A stretch of DNA of 64,000 bases, from assembly GCA_032718475.1 (NCBI GenBank), contig JAUCBJ010006317.1, positions 1 to 64,000 of the forward strand, in the 5' to 3' direction. Position 1 is the stretch's first letter, and each line of letters begins with the position of its first letter. The translations under genes were made by a program, and so were the position numbers. A model generated the notes under the pieces. That model had not been told where the DNA came from. It searched no databases and worked only from the letters and a program-made list of their open reading frames with translations. The stretch is from Nemertoderma westbladi (Eukaryota > Animalia > Xenacoelomorpha). Positions 53,001-64,000 of this stretch are shown one piece after another.

Positions 53001-56000
53001 AATAGCTGAGGTAGGTGAGTGGGACTGGTGTAAACAAATAGCTGAGGTAGGTGAGTGGGACTGGTGTAAACAAATAGCTGAGGTAGGTGAGTGGGACTGG
53101 TGTAAACAAATAGCTGAGGTAGGTGAGTGGGACTGGTGTAAACAAATAGCCGAGGTAGGTGTGTGGGACTGGTGTAGACAATTAGCCGAGGTAGGTGAGT
53201 GGGACTGGTGTAAACAAATAGCTGAGGTAGGTGAGTGGGACTGGTGTAAACAAATAGCTGAGGTAGGTGAGTGGGACTGGTGTAAACAAATAGCCGAGGT
53301 AGGTGAGTGGGACTGGTGTAAACAAATAGCTGAGGTAGGTGAGTGGGACTGGTGTAAACAAATAGCTGAGGTAGGTGAGTGGGACTGGTGTAAACAAATA
53401 GCCGAGGTAGGTGAGTGGGACTGGTGTAAACAAATAGCCGAGGTACAGTTAGTAGGTGAGTGGGAGTGGTGTAAACAAATAGTTGAGGTAGGTGAGTGGG
53501 AGTGGTGTAAACAAATAGCTGAGGTAGGTGAGTGGGAGTGGTGTAAACAAATAGCCGAGGTAGGTGTGTGGGACTGGTGTAAACAAATAGCTGAGGTAGG
53601 TGATTGGGACTGGTGTAAACAAATAGCTGAGGTAGGTGAGTGGGACTGGTGTAAACAAATAGCTGAGGTAGGTGAGTGGGACTGGTGTAAACAAATAGCC
53701 GAGGTAGGTGAGTGGGACTGGTGTAAACAAATATCCGAGGTACAGTTAGTAGGTGAGTGGGAGTGGTGTAAACAAATAGCCGAGGTAGGTGTGTGGGACT
53801 GGTGTAGACAATTAGCCGAGGTAGGTGAGTGGGACTGGTGTAAACAAATAGCTGAGGTAGGTGATTGGGACTGGTGTAAACAAATAGCTGAGGTAGGTGA
53901 GTGGGACTGGTGTAAACAAATAGCCGAGGTAGGTGTGTGGGATTGGTGTAAACAAATAGCCGAGGTAGGTGAGTGGGACTGGTGTAAACAAATAGCTGAG
54001 GTAGGTGAGTGGGACTGGTGTAAACAAATAGCTGAGGTAGGTGAGTGGGACTGGTGTAAACAAATAGCTGAGGTAGGTGAGTGGGACTGGTGTAAACAAA
54101 TAGCCGAGGTAGGTGAGTGGGACTGGTGTAAACAAATAGCTGAGGTAGGTGAGTGGGACTGGTGTAAACAAATAGCTGAGGTAGGTCTGTGGGACTGGTG
54201 TAAACAAATAGCTGAGGTAGGTGAGTGGGACTGGTGTAAACAAATAGCTGAGGTAGGTGAGTGGGACTGGTGTAAACAAATAGCTGAGGTAGGTGAGTGG
54301 AACTGGTGTAAACAAATAGCTGAGGTATATGAGTGGGACTGGTGTAAACAAATAGCTGAGGTAGGTGAGTGGGACTGGTGTAAACAAATAGCTGAGGTAG
54401 GTGAGTGGGACTGGTGTAAACAAATAGCTGAGGTAGGTGTGTGGGACTGGTGTAAACAAATAGCTGAGGTAGGTGAGTGGGACTGGTGTAAACAAATAGC
54501 CGAGGTAGGTGAGTGGGACTGGTGTAAACAAATAGCCGAGGTAGGTGAGTGGGACTGGTGTAAACAAATAGCTGAGGTAGGTGAGTGGGACTGGTGTAAA
54601 CAAATAGCTGAGGTAGGTGAGTGGGACTGGTGTAAACAAATAGCTGAGGTAGGTGAGTGGGACTGGTGTAAACAAATAGCTGAGGTAGGTGAGTGGGACT
54701 GGTGTAAACAAATAGCTGAGGTAGGTGAGTGGGACTGGTGTAAACAAATAGCCGAGGTAGGTGAGTGGGACTGGTGTAAACAAATAGCTGAGGTAGGTGA
54801 GTGGGACTGGTGTAAACAAATAGCTGAGGTAGGTGAGTGGGACTGGTGTAAACAAATAGCTGAGGTAGGTGAGTGGGACTGGTGTAAACAAATAGCCGAG
54901 GTAGGTGAGTGGGACTGGTGTAAACAAATAGCTGAGGTAGGTGAGTGGGACTGGTGTAAACAAATAGCTGAGGTAGGTGAGTGGGACTGGTGTAAACAAA
55001 TAGCCGAGGTAGGTGAGTGGGACTGGTGTAAACAAATAGCTGAGGTAGGTGAGTGGGACTGGTGTAAACAAATAGCTGAGGTAGGTGAGTGGGACTGGTG
55101 TAAACAAATAGCCGAGGTAGGTGAGTGGGACTGGTGTAAACAAATAGCCGAGGTAGGTGAGTGGGACTGGTGTAAACAAATAGCTGAGGTAGGTGAGTGG
55201 GACTGGTGTAAACAAATAGCTGAGGTAGGTGAGTGGGACTGGTGTAAACAAATAGCCGAGGTAGGTGTGTGGGACTGGTGTAAACAAATAGCCGAGGTAG
55301 GTGAGTGGGACTGGTGTAAACAAATAGCCGAGGTAGGTGAGTGGGACTGGTGTAAACAAATAGCTGAGGTAGGTGAGTGGGACTGGTGTAAACAAATAGC
55401 TGAGGTAGGTGAGTGGGACTGGTGTAAACAAATAGCCGAGGTAGGTGAGTGGGACTGGTGTAAACAAATAGCCGAGGTAGGTGTGTAGGACTGGTGTAAA
55501 CAAATAGCTGAGGTAGGTGAGTGGGACTGGTGTAAACAAATAGCTGAGGTAGGTGAGTGGGACTGGTGTAAACAAATAGCCGAGGTAGGTGTGTGGGACT
55601 GGTGTAAACAAATAGCTGAGGTAGGTGAGTGGGACTGGTGTAAACAAATAGCTGAGGTAGGTGAGTGGGACTGGTGTAAACAAATAGCCGAGGTAGGTGA
55701 GTGGGACTGGTGTAAACAAATAGCCGGCAGGTAGGTGAGTGGGACTGGTGTAAACAAATAGCTGAGGTAGGTGAGTGGGACTGGTGTAAACAAATAGCTG
55801 AGGTAGGTGAGTGGGAGTGGTGTAAACAAATAGCTGAGGTAGGTGTGTGGGACTGGTGTAAACAAATAGCTGAGGTAGGTGAGTGGGACTGGTGTAAACA
55901 AATAGCTGAGGTAGGTGAGTGGGACTGGTGTAAACAAATAGCTGAGGTAGGTGAGTGGGACTGGTGTAAACAAATAGCTGAGGTAGGTGAGTGGGACTGG

Positions 56001-59000
56001 TGTAAACAAATAGCTGAGGTAGGTGAGTGGGACTGGTGTAAACAAATAGCTGAGGTAGGTGAGTGGGACTGGTGTAAACAAATAGCTGAGGTAGGTGTGT
56101 GGGACTGGTGTAAACAAATAGCTGAGGTAGGTGAGTGGGACTGGTGTAAACAAATAGCCGAGGTAGGTGAGTGGGACTGGTGTAAACAAATAGCCGAGGT
56201 AGGTGAGTGGGACTGGTGTAAACAAATAGCTGAGGTAGGTGAGTGGGACTGGTGTAAACAAATAGCTGAGGTAGGTGAGTGGGACTGGTGTAAACAAATA
56301 GCTGAGGTAGGTGAGTGGGACTGGTGTAAACAAATAGCTGAGGTAGGTGAGTGGGACTGGTGTAAACAAATAGCTGAGGTAGGTGAGTGGGACTGGTGTA
56401 AACAAATAGCCGAGGTAGGTGAGTGGGACTGTTGTAAACAAATAGCTGAGGTAGGTGAGTGGGACTGGTGTAAACAAATAGCTGAGGTAGGTGAGTGGGA
56501 CTGGTGTAAACAAATAGCTGAGGTAGGTGAGTGGGACTGGTGTAAACAAATAGCCGAGGTAGGTGAGTGGGACTGTTGTAAACAAATAGCTGAGGTAGGT
56601 GAGTGGGACTGGTGTAAACAAATAGCTGAGGTAGGGGAGTGGGACTGGTGTAAACAAATAGCCGAGGTAGGTGAGTGGGACTGGTGTAAACAAATAGATG
56701 AGGTAGGTGAGTGGGACTGGTGTAAACAAATAGCTGAGGTAGGTGAGTGGGACTGGTGTAAACAAATAGCCGAGGTAGGTGTGTGGGACTGGTGTAAACA
56801 AATAGCCGAGGTAGGTGAGTGGGACTGGTGTAAACAAATAGCCGAGGTAGGTGAGTGGGACTGGTGTAAACAAATAGCTGAGGTAGGTGAGTGGGACTGG
56901 TGTAAACAAATAGCCGAGGTAGGTGTGTGGGACTGGTGTAAACAAATAGCCGAGGTAGGTGAGTGGGACTGGTGTAAACAAATAGCCGAGGTAGGTGTGT
57001 AGGACTGGTGTAAACAAATAGCTGAGGTAGGTGAGTGGGACTGGTGTAAACAAATAGCTGAGGTAGGTGAGTGGGACTGGTGTAAACAAATAGCCGAGGT
57101 AGGTGTGTGGGACTGGTGTAAACAAATAGCTGAGGTAGGTGAGTGGGACTGGTGTAAACAAATAGCTGAGGTAGGTGAGTGGGACTGGTGTAAACAAATA
57201 GCCGAGGTAGGTGAGTGGGACTGGTGTAAACAAATAGCCGAGGTACAGTTAGTAGGTGAGTGGGAGTGGTGTAAACAAATAGTTGAGGTAGGTGAGTGGG
57301 AGTGGTGTAAACAAATAGCTGAGGTAGGTGAGTGGGAGTGGTGTAAACAAATAGCCGAGGTAGGTGTGTGGGACTGGTGTAAACAAATAGCTGAGGTAGG
57401 TGATTGGGACTGGTGTAAACAAATAGCTGAGGTAGGTGAGTGGGACTGGTGTAAACAAATAGCTGAGGTAGGTGAGTGGGACTGGTGTAAACAAATAGCT
57501 GAGGTAGGTGAGTGGGACTGGTGTAAACAAATAGCTGAGGTAGGTGAGTGGGACTGGTGTAAACAAATAGCCGAGGTAGGTGTGTGGGACTGGTGTAGAC
57601 AATTAGCCGAGGTAGGTGAGTGGGACTGGTGTAAACAAATAGCTGAGGTAGGTGAGTGGGACTGGTGTAAACAAATAGCTGAGGTAGGTGAGTGGGACTG
57701 GTGTAAACAAATAGCCGAGGTAGGTGAGTGGGACTGGTGTAAACAAATAGCTGAGGTAGGTGAGTGGGACTGGTGTAAACAAATAGCTGAGGTAGGTGAG
57801 TGGGACTGGTGTAAACAAATAGCCGAGGTAGGTGAGTGGGACTGGTGTAAACAAATAGCCGAGGTACAGTTAGTAGGTGAGTGGGAGTGGTGTAAACAAA
57901 TAGTTGAGGTAGGTGAGTGGGAGTGGTGTAAACAAATAGCTGAGGTAGGTGAGTGGGAGTGGTGTAAACAAATAGCCGAGGTAGGTGTGTGGGACTGGTG
58001 TAAACAAATAGCTGAGGTAGGTGATTGGGACTGGTGTAAACAAATAGCTGAGGTAGGTGAGTGGGACTGGTGTAAACAAATAGCTGAGGTAGGTGAGTGG
58101 GACTGGTGTAAACAAATAGCCGAGGTAGGTGAGTGGGACTGGTGTAAACAAATAGCCGAGGTACAGTTAGTAGGTGAGTGGGAGTGGTGTAAACAAATAG
58201 CCGAGGTAGGTGTGTGGGACTGGTGTAGACAATTAGCCGAGGTAGGTGAGTGGGACTGGTGTAAACAAATAGCTGAGGTAGGTGATTGGGACTGGTGTAA
58301 ACAAATAGCTGAGGTAGGTGAGTGGGACTGGTGTAAACAAATAGCCGAGGTAGGTGTGTGGGATTGGTGTAAACAAATAGCCGAGGTAGGTGAGTGGGAC
58401 TGGTGTAAACAAATAGCTGAGGTAGGTGAGTGGGACTGGTGTAAACAAATAGCTGAGGTAGGTGAGTGGGACTGGTGTAAACAAATAGCTGAGGTAGGTG
58501 AGTGGGACTGGTGTAAACAAATAGCTGAGGTAGGTGAGTGGGACTGGTGTAAACAAATAGCTGAGGTAGGTGAGTGGGACTGGTGTAAACAAATAGCTGA
58601 GGTAGGTGAGTGGGACTGGTGTAAACAAATAGCCGAGGTAGGTGAGTGGGACTGGTGTAAACAAATAGCTGAGGTAGGTGAGTGGGACTGGTGTAAACAA
58701 ATAGCTGAGGTAGGTGAGTGGGACTGGTGTAAACAAATAGCTGAGGTAGGTGAGTGGGACTGGTGTAAACAAATAGCTGAGGTAGGTGAGTGGGACTGGT
58801 GTAAACAAATAGCTGAGGTAGGTGAGTGGGACTGGTGTAAACAAATAGCTGAGGTAGGTGAGTGGGACTGGTGTAAACAAATAGCTGAGGTAGGTGAGTG
58901 GGACTGGTGTAAACAAATAGCTGAGGTAGGTGAGTGGGACTGGTGTAAACAAATAGCTGAGGTAGGTGAGTGGGACTGGTGTAAACAAATAGCTGAGGTA

Positions 59001-62000
59001 GGTGAGTGGGACTGGTGTAAACAAATAGCTGAGGTAGGTGAGTGGGACTGGTGTAAACAAATAGCTGAGGTAGGTGAGTGGGACTGGTGTAAACAAATAG
59101 CTGAGGTAGGTGAGTGGGACTGGTGTAAACAAATAGCTGAGGTAGGTGAGTGGGACTGGTGTAAACAAATAGCTGAGGTAGGTGTGTGGGACTGGTGTAA
59201 ACAAATAGCTGAGGTAGGTGAGTGGGACTGGTGTAAACAAATAGCCGAGGTAGGTGAGTGGGACTGGTGTAAACAAATAGCTGAGGTAGGTGAGTGGGAC
59301 TGGTGTAAACAAATAGCTGAGGTAGGTGAGTGGGACTGGTGTAAACAAATAGCTGAGGTAGGTGAGTGGGACTGGTGTAAACAAATAGCTGAGGTAGGTG
59401 AGTGGGACTGGTGTAAACAAATAGCTGAGGTAGGTGAGTGGGACTGGTGTAAACAAATAGCTGAGGTAGGTGAGTGGGACTGGTGTAAACAAATAGCTGA
59501 GGTAGGTGAGTGGGACTGGTGTAAACAAATAGCCGAGGTAGGTGAGTGGGACTGGTGTAAACAAATAGCTGAGGTAGGTGAGTGGGACTGGTGTAAACAA
59601 ATAGCTGAGGTAGGTGAGTGGGACTGGTGTAAACAAATAGCTGAGGTAGGTGAGTGGGACTGGTGTAAACAAATAGCTGAGGTAGGTGAGTGGGACTGGT
59701 GTAAACAAATAGCTGAGGTAGGTGAGTGGGACTGGTGTAAACAAATAGCTGAGGTAGGTGAGTGGGACTGGTGTAAACAAATAGCCGAGGTACAGTTAGT
59801 AGGTGAGTGGGACTGGTGTAAACAAATAGCTGAGGTAGGTGAGTGGGACTGGTGTAAACAAATAGCTGAGGTAGGTGAGTGGGACTGGTGTAAACAAATA
59901 GCTGAGGTAGGTGAGTGGGACTGGTGTAAACAAATAGCTGAGGTAGGTGAGTGGGACTGGTGTAAACAAATAGCTGAGGTAGGTGAGTGGGACTGGTGTA
60001 AACAAATAGCTGAGGTAGGTGTGTGGGACTGGTGTAAACAAATAGCTGAGGTAGGTGAGTGGGACTGGTGTAAACAAATAGCCGAGGTAGGTGAGTGGGA
60101 CTGGTGTAAACAAATAGCCGAGGTAGGTGAGTGGGACTGGTGTAAACAAATAGCTGAGGTAGGTGAGTGGGACTGGTGTAAACAAATAGCTGAGGTAGGT
60201 GAGTGGGACTGGTGTAAACAAATAGCTGAGGTAGGTGAGTGGGACTGGTGTAAACAAATAGCTGAGGTAGGTGAGTGGGACTGGTGTAAACAAATAGCTG
60301 AGGTAGGTGAGTGGGACTGGTGTAAACAAATAGCCGAGGTAGGTGAGTGGGACTGTTGTAAACAAATAGCTGAGGTAGGTGAGTGGGACTGGTGTAAACA
60401 AATAGCTGAGGTAGGTGAGTGGGACTGGTGTAAACAAATAGCTGAGGTAGGTGAGTGGGACTGGTGTAAACAAATAGCCGAGGTAGGTGAGTGGGACTGT
60501 TGTAAACAAATAGCTGAGGTAGGTGAGTGGGACTGGTGTAAACAAATAGCTGAGGTAGGGGAGTGGGACTGGTGTAAACAAATAGCCGAGGTAGGTGAGT
60601 GGGACTGGTGTAAACAAATAGATGAGGTAGGTGAGTGGGACTGGTGTAAACAAATAGCTGAGGTAGGTGAGTGGGACTGGTGTAAACAAATAGCCGAGGT
60701 AGGTGTGTGGGACTGGTGTAAACAAATAGCCGAGGTAGGTGAGTGGGACTGGTGTAAACAAATAGCCGAGGTAGGTGAGTGGGACTGGTGTAAACAAATA
60801 GCTGAGGTAGGTGAGTGGGACTGGTGTAAACAAATAGCTGAGGTAGGTGAGTGGGACTGGTGTAAACAAATAGCCGAGGTAGGTGTGTGGGACTGGTGTA
60901 AACAAATAGCTGAGGTAGGTGAGTGGGACTGGTGTAAACAAATAGCTGAGGTAGGTGAGTGGGACTGGTGTAAACAAATAGCCGAGGTAGGTGAGTGGGA
61001 CTGGTGTAAACAAATAGCCGAGGTACAGTTAGTAGGTGAGTGGGAGTGGTGTAAACAAATAGTTGAGGTAGGTGAGTGGGAGTGGTGTAAACAAATAGCT
61101 GAGGTAGGTGAGTGGGAGTGGTGTAAACAAATAGCCGAGGTAGGTGTGTGGGACTGGTGTAAACAAATAGCTGAGGTAGGTGATTGGGACTGGTGTAAAC
61201 AAATAGCTGAGGTAGGTGAGTGGGACTGGTGTAAACAAATAGCTGAGGTAGGTGAGTGGGACTGGTGTAAACAAATAGCTGAGGTAGGTGAGTGGGACTG
61301 GTGTAAACAAATAGCTGAGGTAGGTGAGTGGGACTGGTGTAAACAAATAGCCGAGGTAGGTGTGTGGGACTGGTGTAGACAATTAGCCGAGGTAGGTGAG
61401 TGGGACTGGTGTAAACAAATAGCTGAGGTAGGTGAGTGGGACTGGTGTAAACAAATAGCTGAGGTAGGTGAGTGGGACTGGTGTAAACAAATAGCCGAGG
61501 TAGGTGAGTGGGACTGGTGTAAACAAATAGCTGAGGTAGGTGAGTGGGACTGGTGTAAACAAATAGCTGAGGTAGGTGAGTGGGACTGGTGTAAACAAAT
61601 AGCCGAGGTAGGTGAGTGGGACTGGTGTAAACAAATAGCCGAGGTACAGTTAGTAGGTGAGTGGGAGTGGTGTAAACAAATAGTTGAGGTAGGTGAGTGG
61701 GAGTGGTGTAAACAAATAGCTGAGGTAGGTGAGTGGGAGTGGTGTAAACAAATAGCCGAGGTAGGTGTGTGGGACTGGTGTAAACAAATAGCTGAGGTAG
61801 GTGATTGGGACTGGTGTAAACAAATAGCTGAGGTAGGTGAGTGGGACTGGTGTAAACAAATAGCTGAGGTAGGTGATGTGGGACTGGTGTAAACAAATAG
61901 CCGAGGTAGGTGAGTGGGACTGGTGTAAACAAATAGCCGAGGTAGGTGTGTGGGACTGGTGTAAACAAATAGCTGAGGTAGGTGAGTGGGACTGGTGTAA

Positions 62001-63600
62001 ACAAATAGCCGAGGTAGGTGTGTGGGACTGGTGTAAACAAATAGCTGAGGTAGGTGAGTGGGACTGGTGTAAACAAATAGCTGAGGTAGGTGAGTGGGAC
62101 TGGTGTAAACAAATAGCTGAGGTAGGTGAGTGGGACTGGTGTAAACAAATAGCCGAGGTAGGTGAGTGGGACTGGTGTAAACAAATAGCCGAGGTACAGT
62201 TAGTAGGTGAGTGGGAGTGGTGTAAACAAATAGCCGAGGTAGGTGTGTGGGACTGGTGTAGACAATTAGCCGAGGTAGGTGAGTGGGACTGGTGTAAACA
62301 AATAGCTGAGGTAGGTGATTGGGACTGGTGTAAACAAATAGCTGAGGTAGGTGAGTGGGACTGGTGTAAACAAATAGCCGAGGTAGGTGTGTGGGATTGG
62401 TGTAAACAAATAGCCGAGGTAGGTGAGTGGGACTGGTGTAAACAAATAGCTGAGGTAGGTGAGTGGGACTGGTGTAAACAAATAGCTGAGGTAGGTGAGT
62501 GGGACTGGTGTAAACAAATAGCTGAGGTAGGTGAGTGGGACTGGTGTAAACAAATAGCCGAGGTAGGTGAGTGGGACTGGTGTAAACAAATAGCTGAGGT
62601 AGGTGAGTGGGACTGGTGTAAACAAATAGCTGAGGTAGGTGAGTGGGACTGGTGTAAACAAATAGCTGAGGTAGGTGAGTGGGACTGGTGTAAACAAATA
62701 GCCGAGGTAGGTGAGTGGGACTGGTGTAAACAAATAGCTGAGGTAGGTGTGTGGGACTGGTGTAAACAAATAGCTGAGGTAGGTGAGTGGGACTGGTGTA
62801 AACAAATAGCCGAGGTAGGTGAGTGGGACTGGTGTAAACAAATAGCTGAGGTAGGTGTGTGGGACTGGTGTAAACAAATAGCTGAGGTAGGTGAGTGGGA
62901 CTGGTGTAAACAAATAGCTGAGGTAGGTGAGTGGGACTGGTGTAAACAAATAGCCGAGGTAGGTGTGTGGGACTGGTGTAAACAAATAGCCGAGGTAGGT
63001 GAGTGGGACTGGTGTAAACAAATAGCCGAGGTAGGTGAGTGGGACTGGTGTAAACAAATAGCCGAGGTAGGTGAGTGGGACTGGTGTAAACAAATAGCTG
63101 AGGTAGGTGAGTGGGACTGGTGTAAACAAATAGCTGAGGTAGGTGAGTGGGACTGGTGTAAACAATTAGCTGAGGTAGGTGTGTGGGACTGGTGTAGACA
63201 AATAGCTGAGGTAGGTGAGTGGGACTGGTGTAAACAAATAGCTGAGGTAGGTGAGTGGGACTGGTGTAAACAAATAGCTGAGGTAGGTGAGTGGGACTGG
63301 TGTAAACAAATAGCCGAGGTAGGTGAGTGGGACTGGTGTAAACAAATAGCCGAGGTAGGTGAGTGGGACTGGTGTAAACAAATAGCTGAGGTAGGTGAGT
63401 GGGACTGGTGTAAACAAATAGCTGAGGTAGGTGAGTGGGACTGGTGTAAACAAATAGCTGAGGTAGGTGAGTGGGACTGGTGTAAACAAATAGCTGAGGT
63501 AGGTGAGTGGGACTGGTGTAAACAAATAGCCGAGGTAGGTGAGTGGGACTGGTGTAAACAAATAGCCGAGGTAGGTGTGTAGGACTGGTGTAAACAAATA
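41100..63600 (+). repeat. Irregularly spaced multi-kb higher-order module (at least 6 copies)
   Basis: The TGTAGACAATTAGCC marker occurs in pairs near 42364/42994, 46243/46873, 51463/52093, 53182/53812, 57603/58233 and 61383/62266. Each is accompanied by 45-mers, GGGAGTGG runs, ATAGTTGAG and GATTGG. Spacings are 3879, 5220, 1719, 4421 and 3780. Confidence 0.88.
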
Positions 63601-64000
63601 GCTGAGGTAGGTGAGTGGGACTGGTGTAAACAAATAGCTGAGGTAGGTGAGTGGGACTGGTGTAAACAAATAGCTGAGGTAGGTGAGTGGGACTGGTGTA
63701 AACAAATAGCCGAGGTAGGTGTGTGGGACTGGTGTAAACAAATAGCTGAGGTAGGTGAGTGGGACTGGTGTAAACAAATAGCTGAGGTAGGTGAGTGGGA
63801 CTGGTGTAAACAAATAGCCGAGGTAGGTGTGTGGGACTGGTGTAAACAAATAGCTGAGGTAGGTGAGTGGGACTGGTGTAAACAAATAGCTGAGGTAGGT
63901 GAGTGGGACTGGTGTAAACAAATAGCCGAGGTAGGTGAGTGGGACTGGTGTAAACAAATAGCTGAGGTAGGTGAGTGGGACTGGTGTAAACAAATAGCTG

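Larger units (their letters stand above)
8966..64000 (+). repeat. 36-bp tandem satellite array, right segment (continues beyond window end)
   Basis: Resumes at GTGAGTGGGAC (8966) in the same orientation. I saw no further non-satellite sequence or inversion up to 64000. Confidence 0.99.

Noticed and set aside
30669-57233. Giant 8854-aa ORF and other repeat ORFs (KQIAEVGEWDWC, FTPVPLTYLSYL, SAICLHQSHSPT, LFVYTSPTHLPQ) as real genes
   Set aside because: These follow automatically from a 36-nt unit without stops in four frames. They overlap on both strands, mostly start at TTG/GTG, switch frame at indels, have no unique domains, and stops or frameshifts were duplicated freely.
1-64000. CRISPR array (36-bp repeats containing GTAAAC)
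   Set aside because: Repeats are directly head-to-tail with no unique spacers, no leader and no cas genes.
1-64000. Telomerase-synthesised repeat (TAGG and TGGTGTA resemble arthropod and budding-yeast telomere cores)
   Set aside because: Heritable variants copied in multi-kb blocks indicate recombinational amplification rather than templated addition. The matches are only 4-7 nt and no chromosome end is visible.

Overview
About 98% of this window is one head-to-tail 36-bp satellite, consensus AAACAAATAGC[T/C]GAGGTAGGTGAGTGGGACTGGTGT. It has roughly 1,740 monomers (length/36), all in one orientation, and runs off both window ends. The only non-satellite DNA is a ~1.24-kb insert at ~7728-8965. 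I read this as a 5'-truncated non-LTR retrotransposon on the - strand, RTE/RTEX-like by motif. It has an uninterrupted 242-aa ORF remnant (YGCETW RT C-terminal motif, RFRLGSH, CxC..H..C zinc knuckle), an AT-rich 3' UTR, AATAAA, an (AATC)n tail and a short GTGA target duplication. The giant ORFs in the track are artefacts of a 36-nt unit that lacks stops in four of six frames. Internally the array has regionally restricted monomer variants (19, 27, 38, 39, 40, 42 and 45 bp) and nested higher-order duplications (periods 280, 449, 1386/1482, 1656, 1886, 2144 and 4491 bp, plus an irregular multi-kb module from 41 to 63 kb). Each monomer carries a forkhead-type site (GTAAACAAATA), two overlapping 5' splice-site matches (AG|GTAGGT, AG|GTGAGT), four GG tracts and a polymorphic CpG. 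This looks like eukaryotic, probably metazoan, heterochromatin. I see no direct evidence of a new multi-gene system; the functional ideas below are hypotheses.
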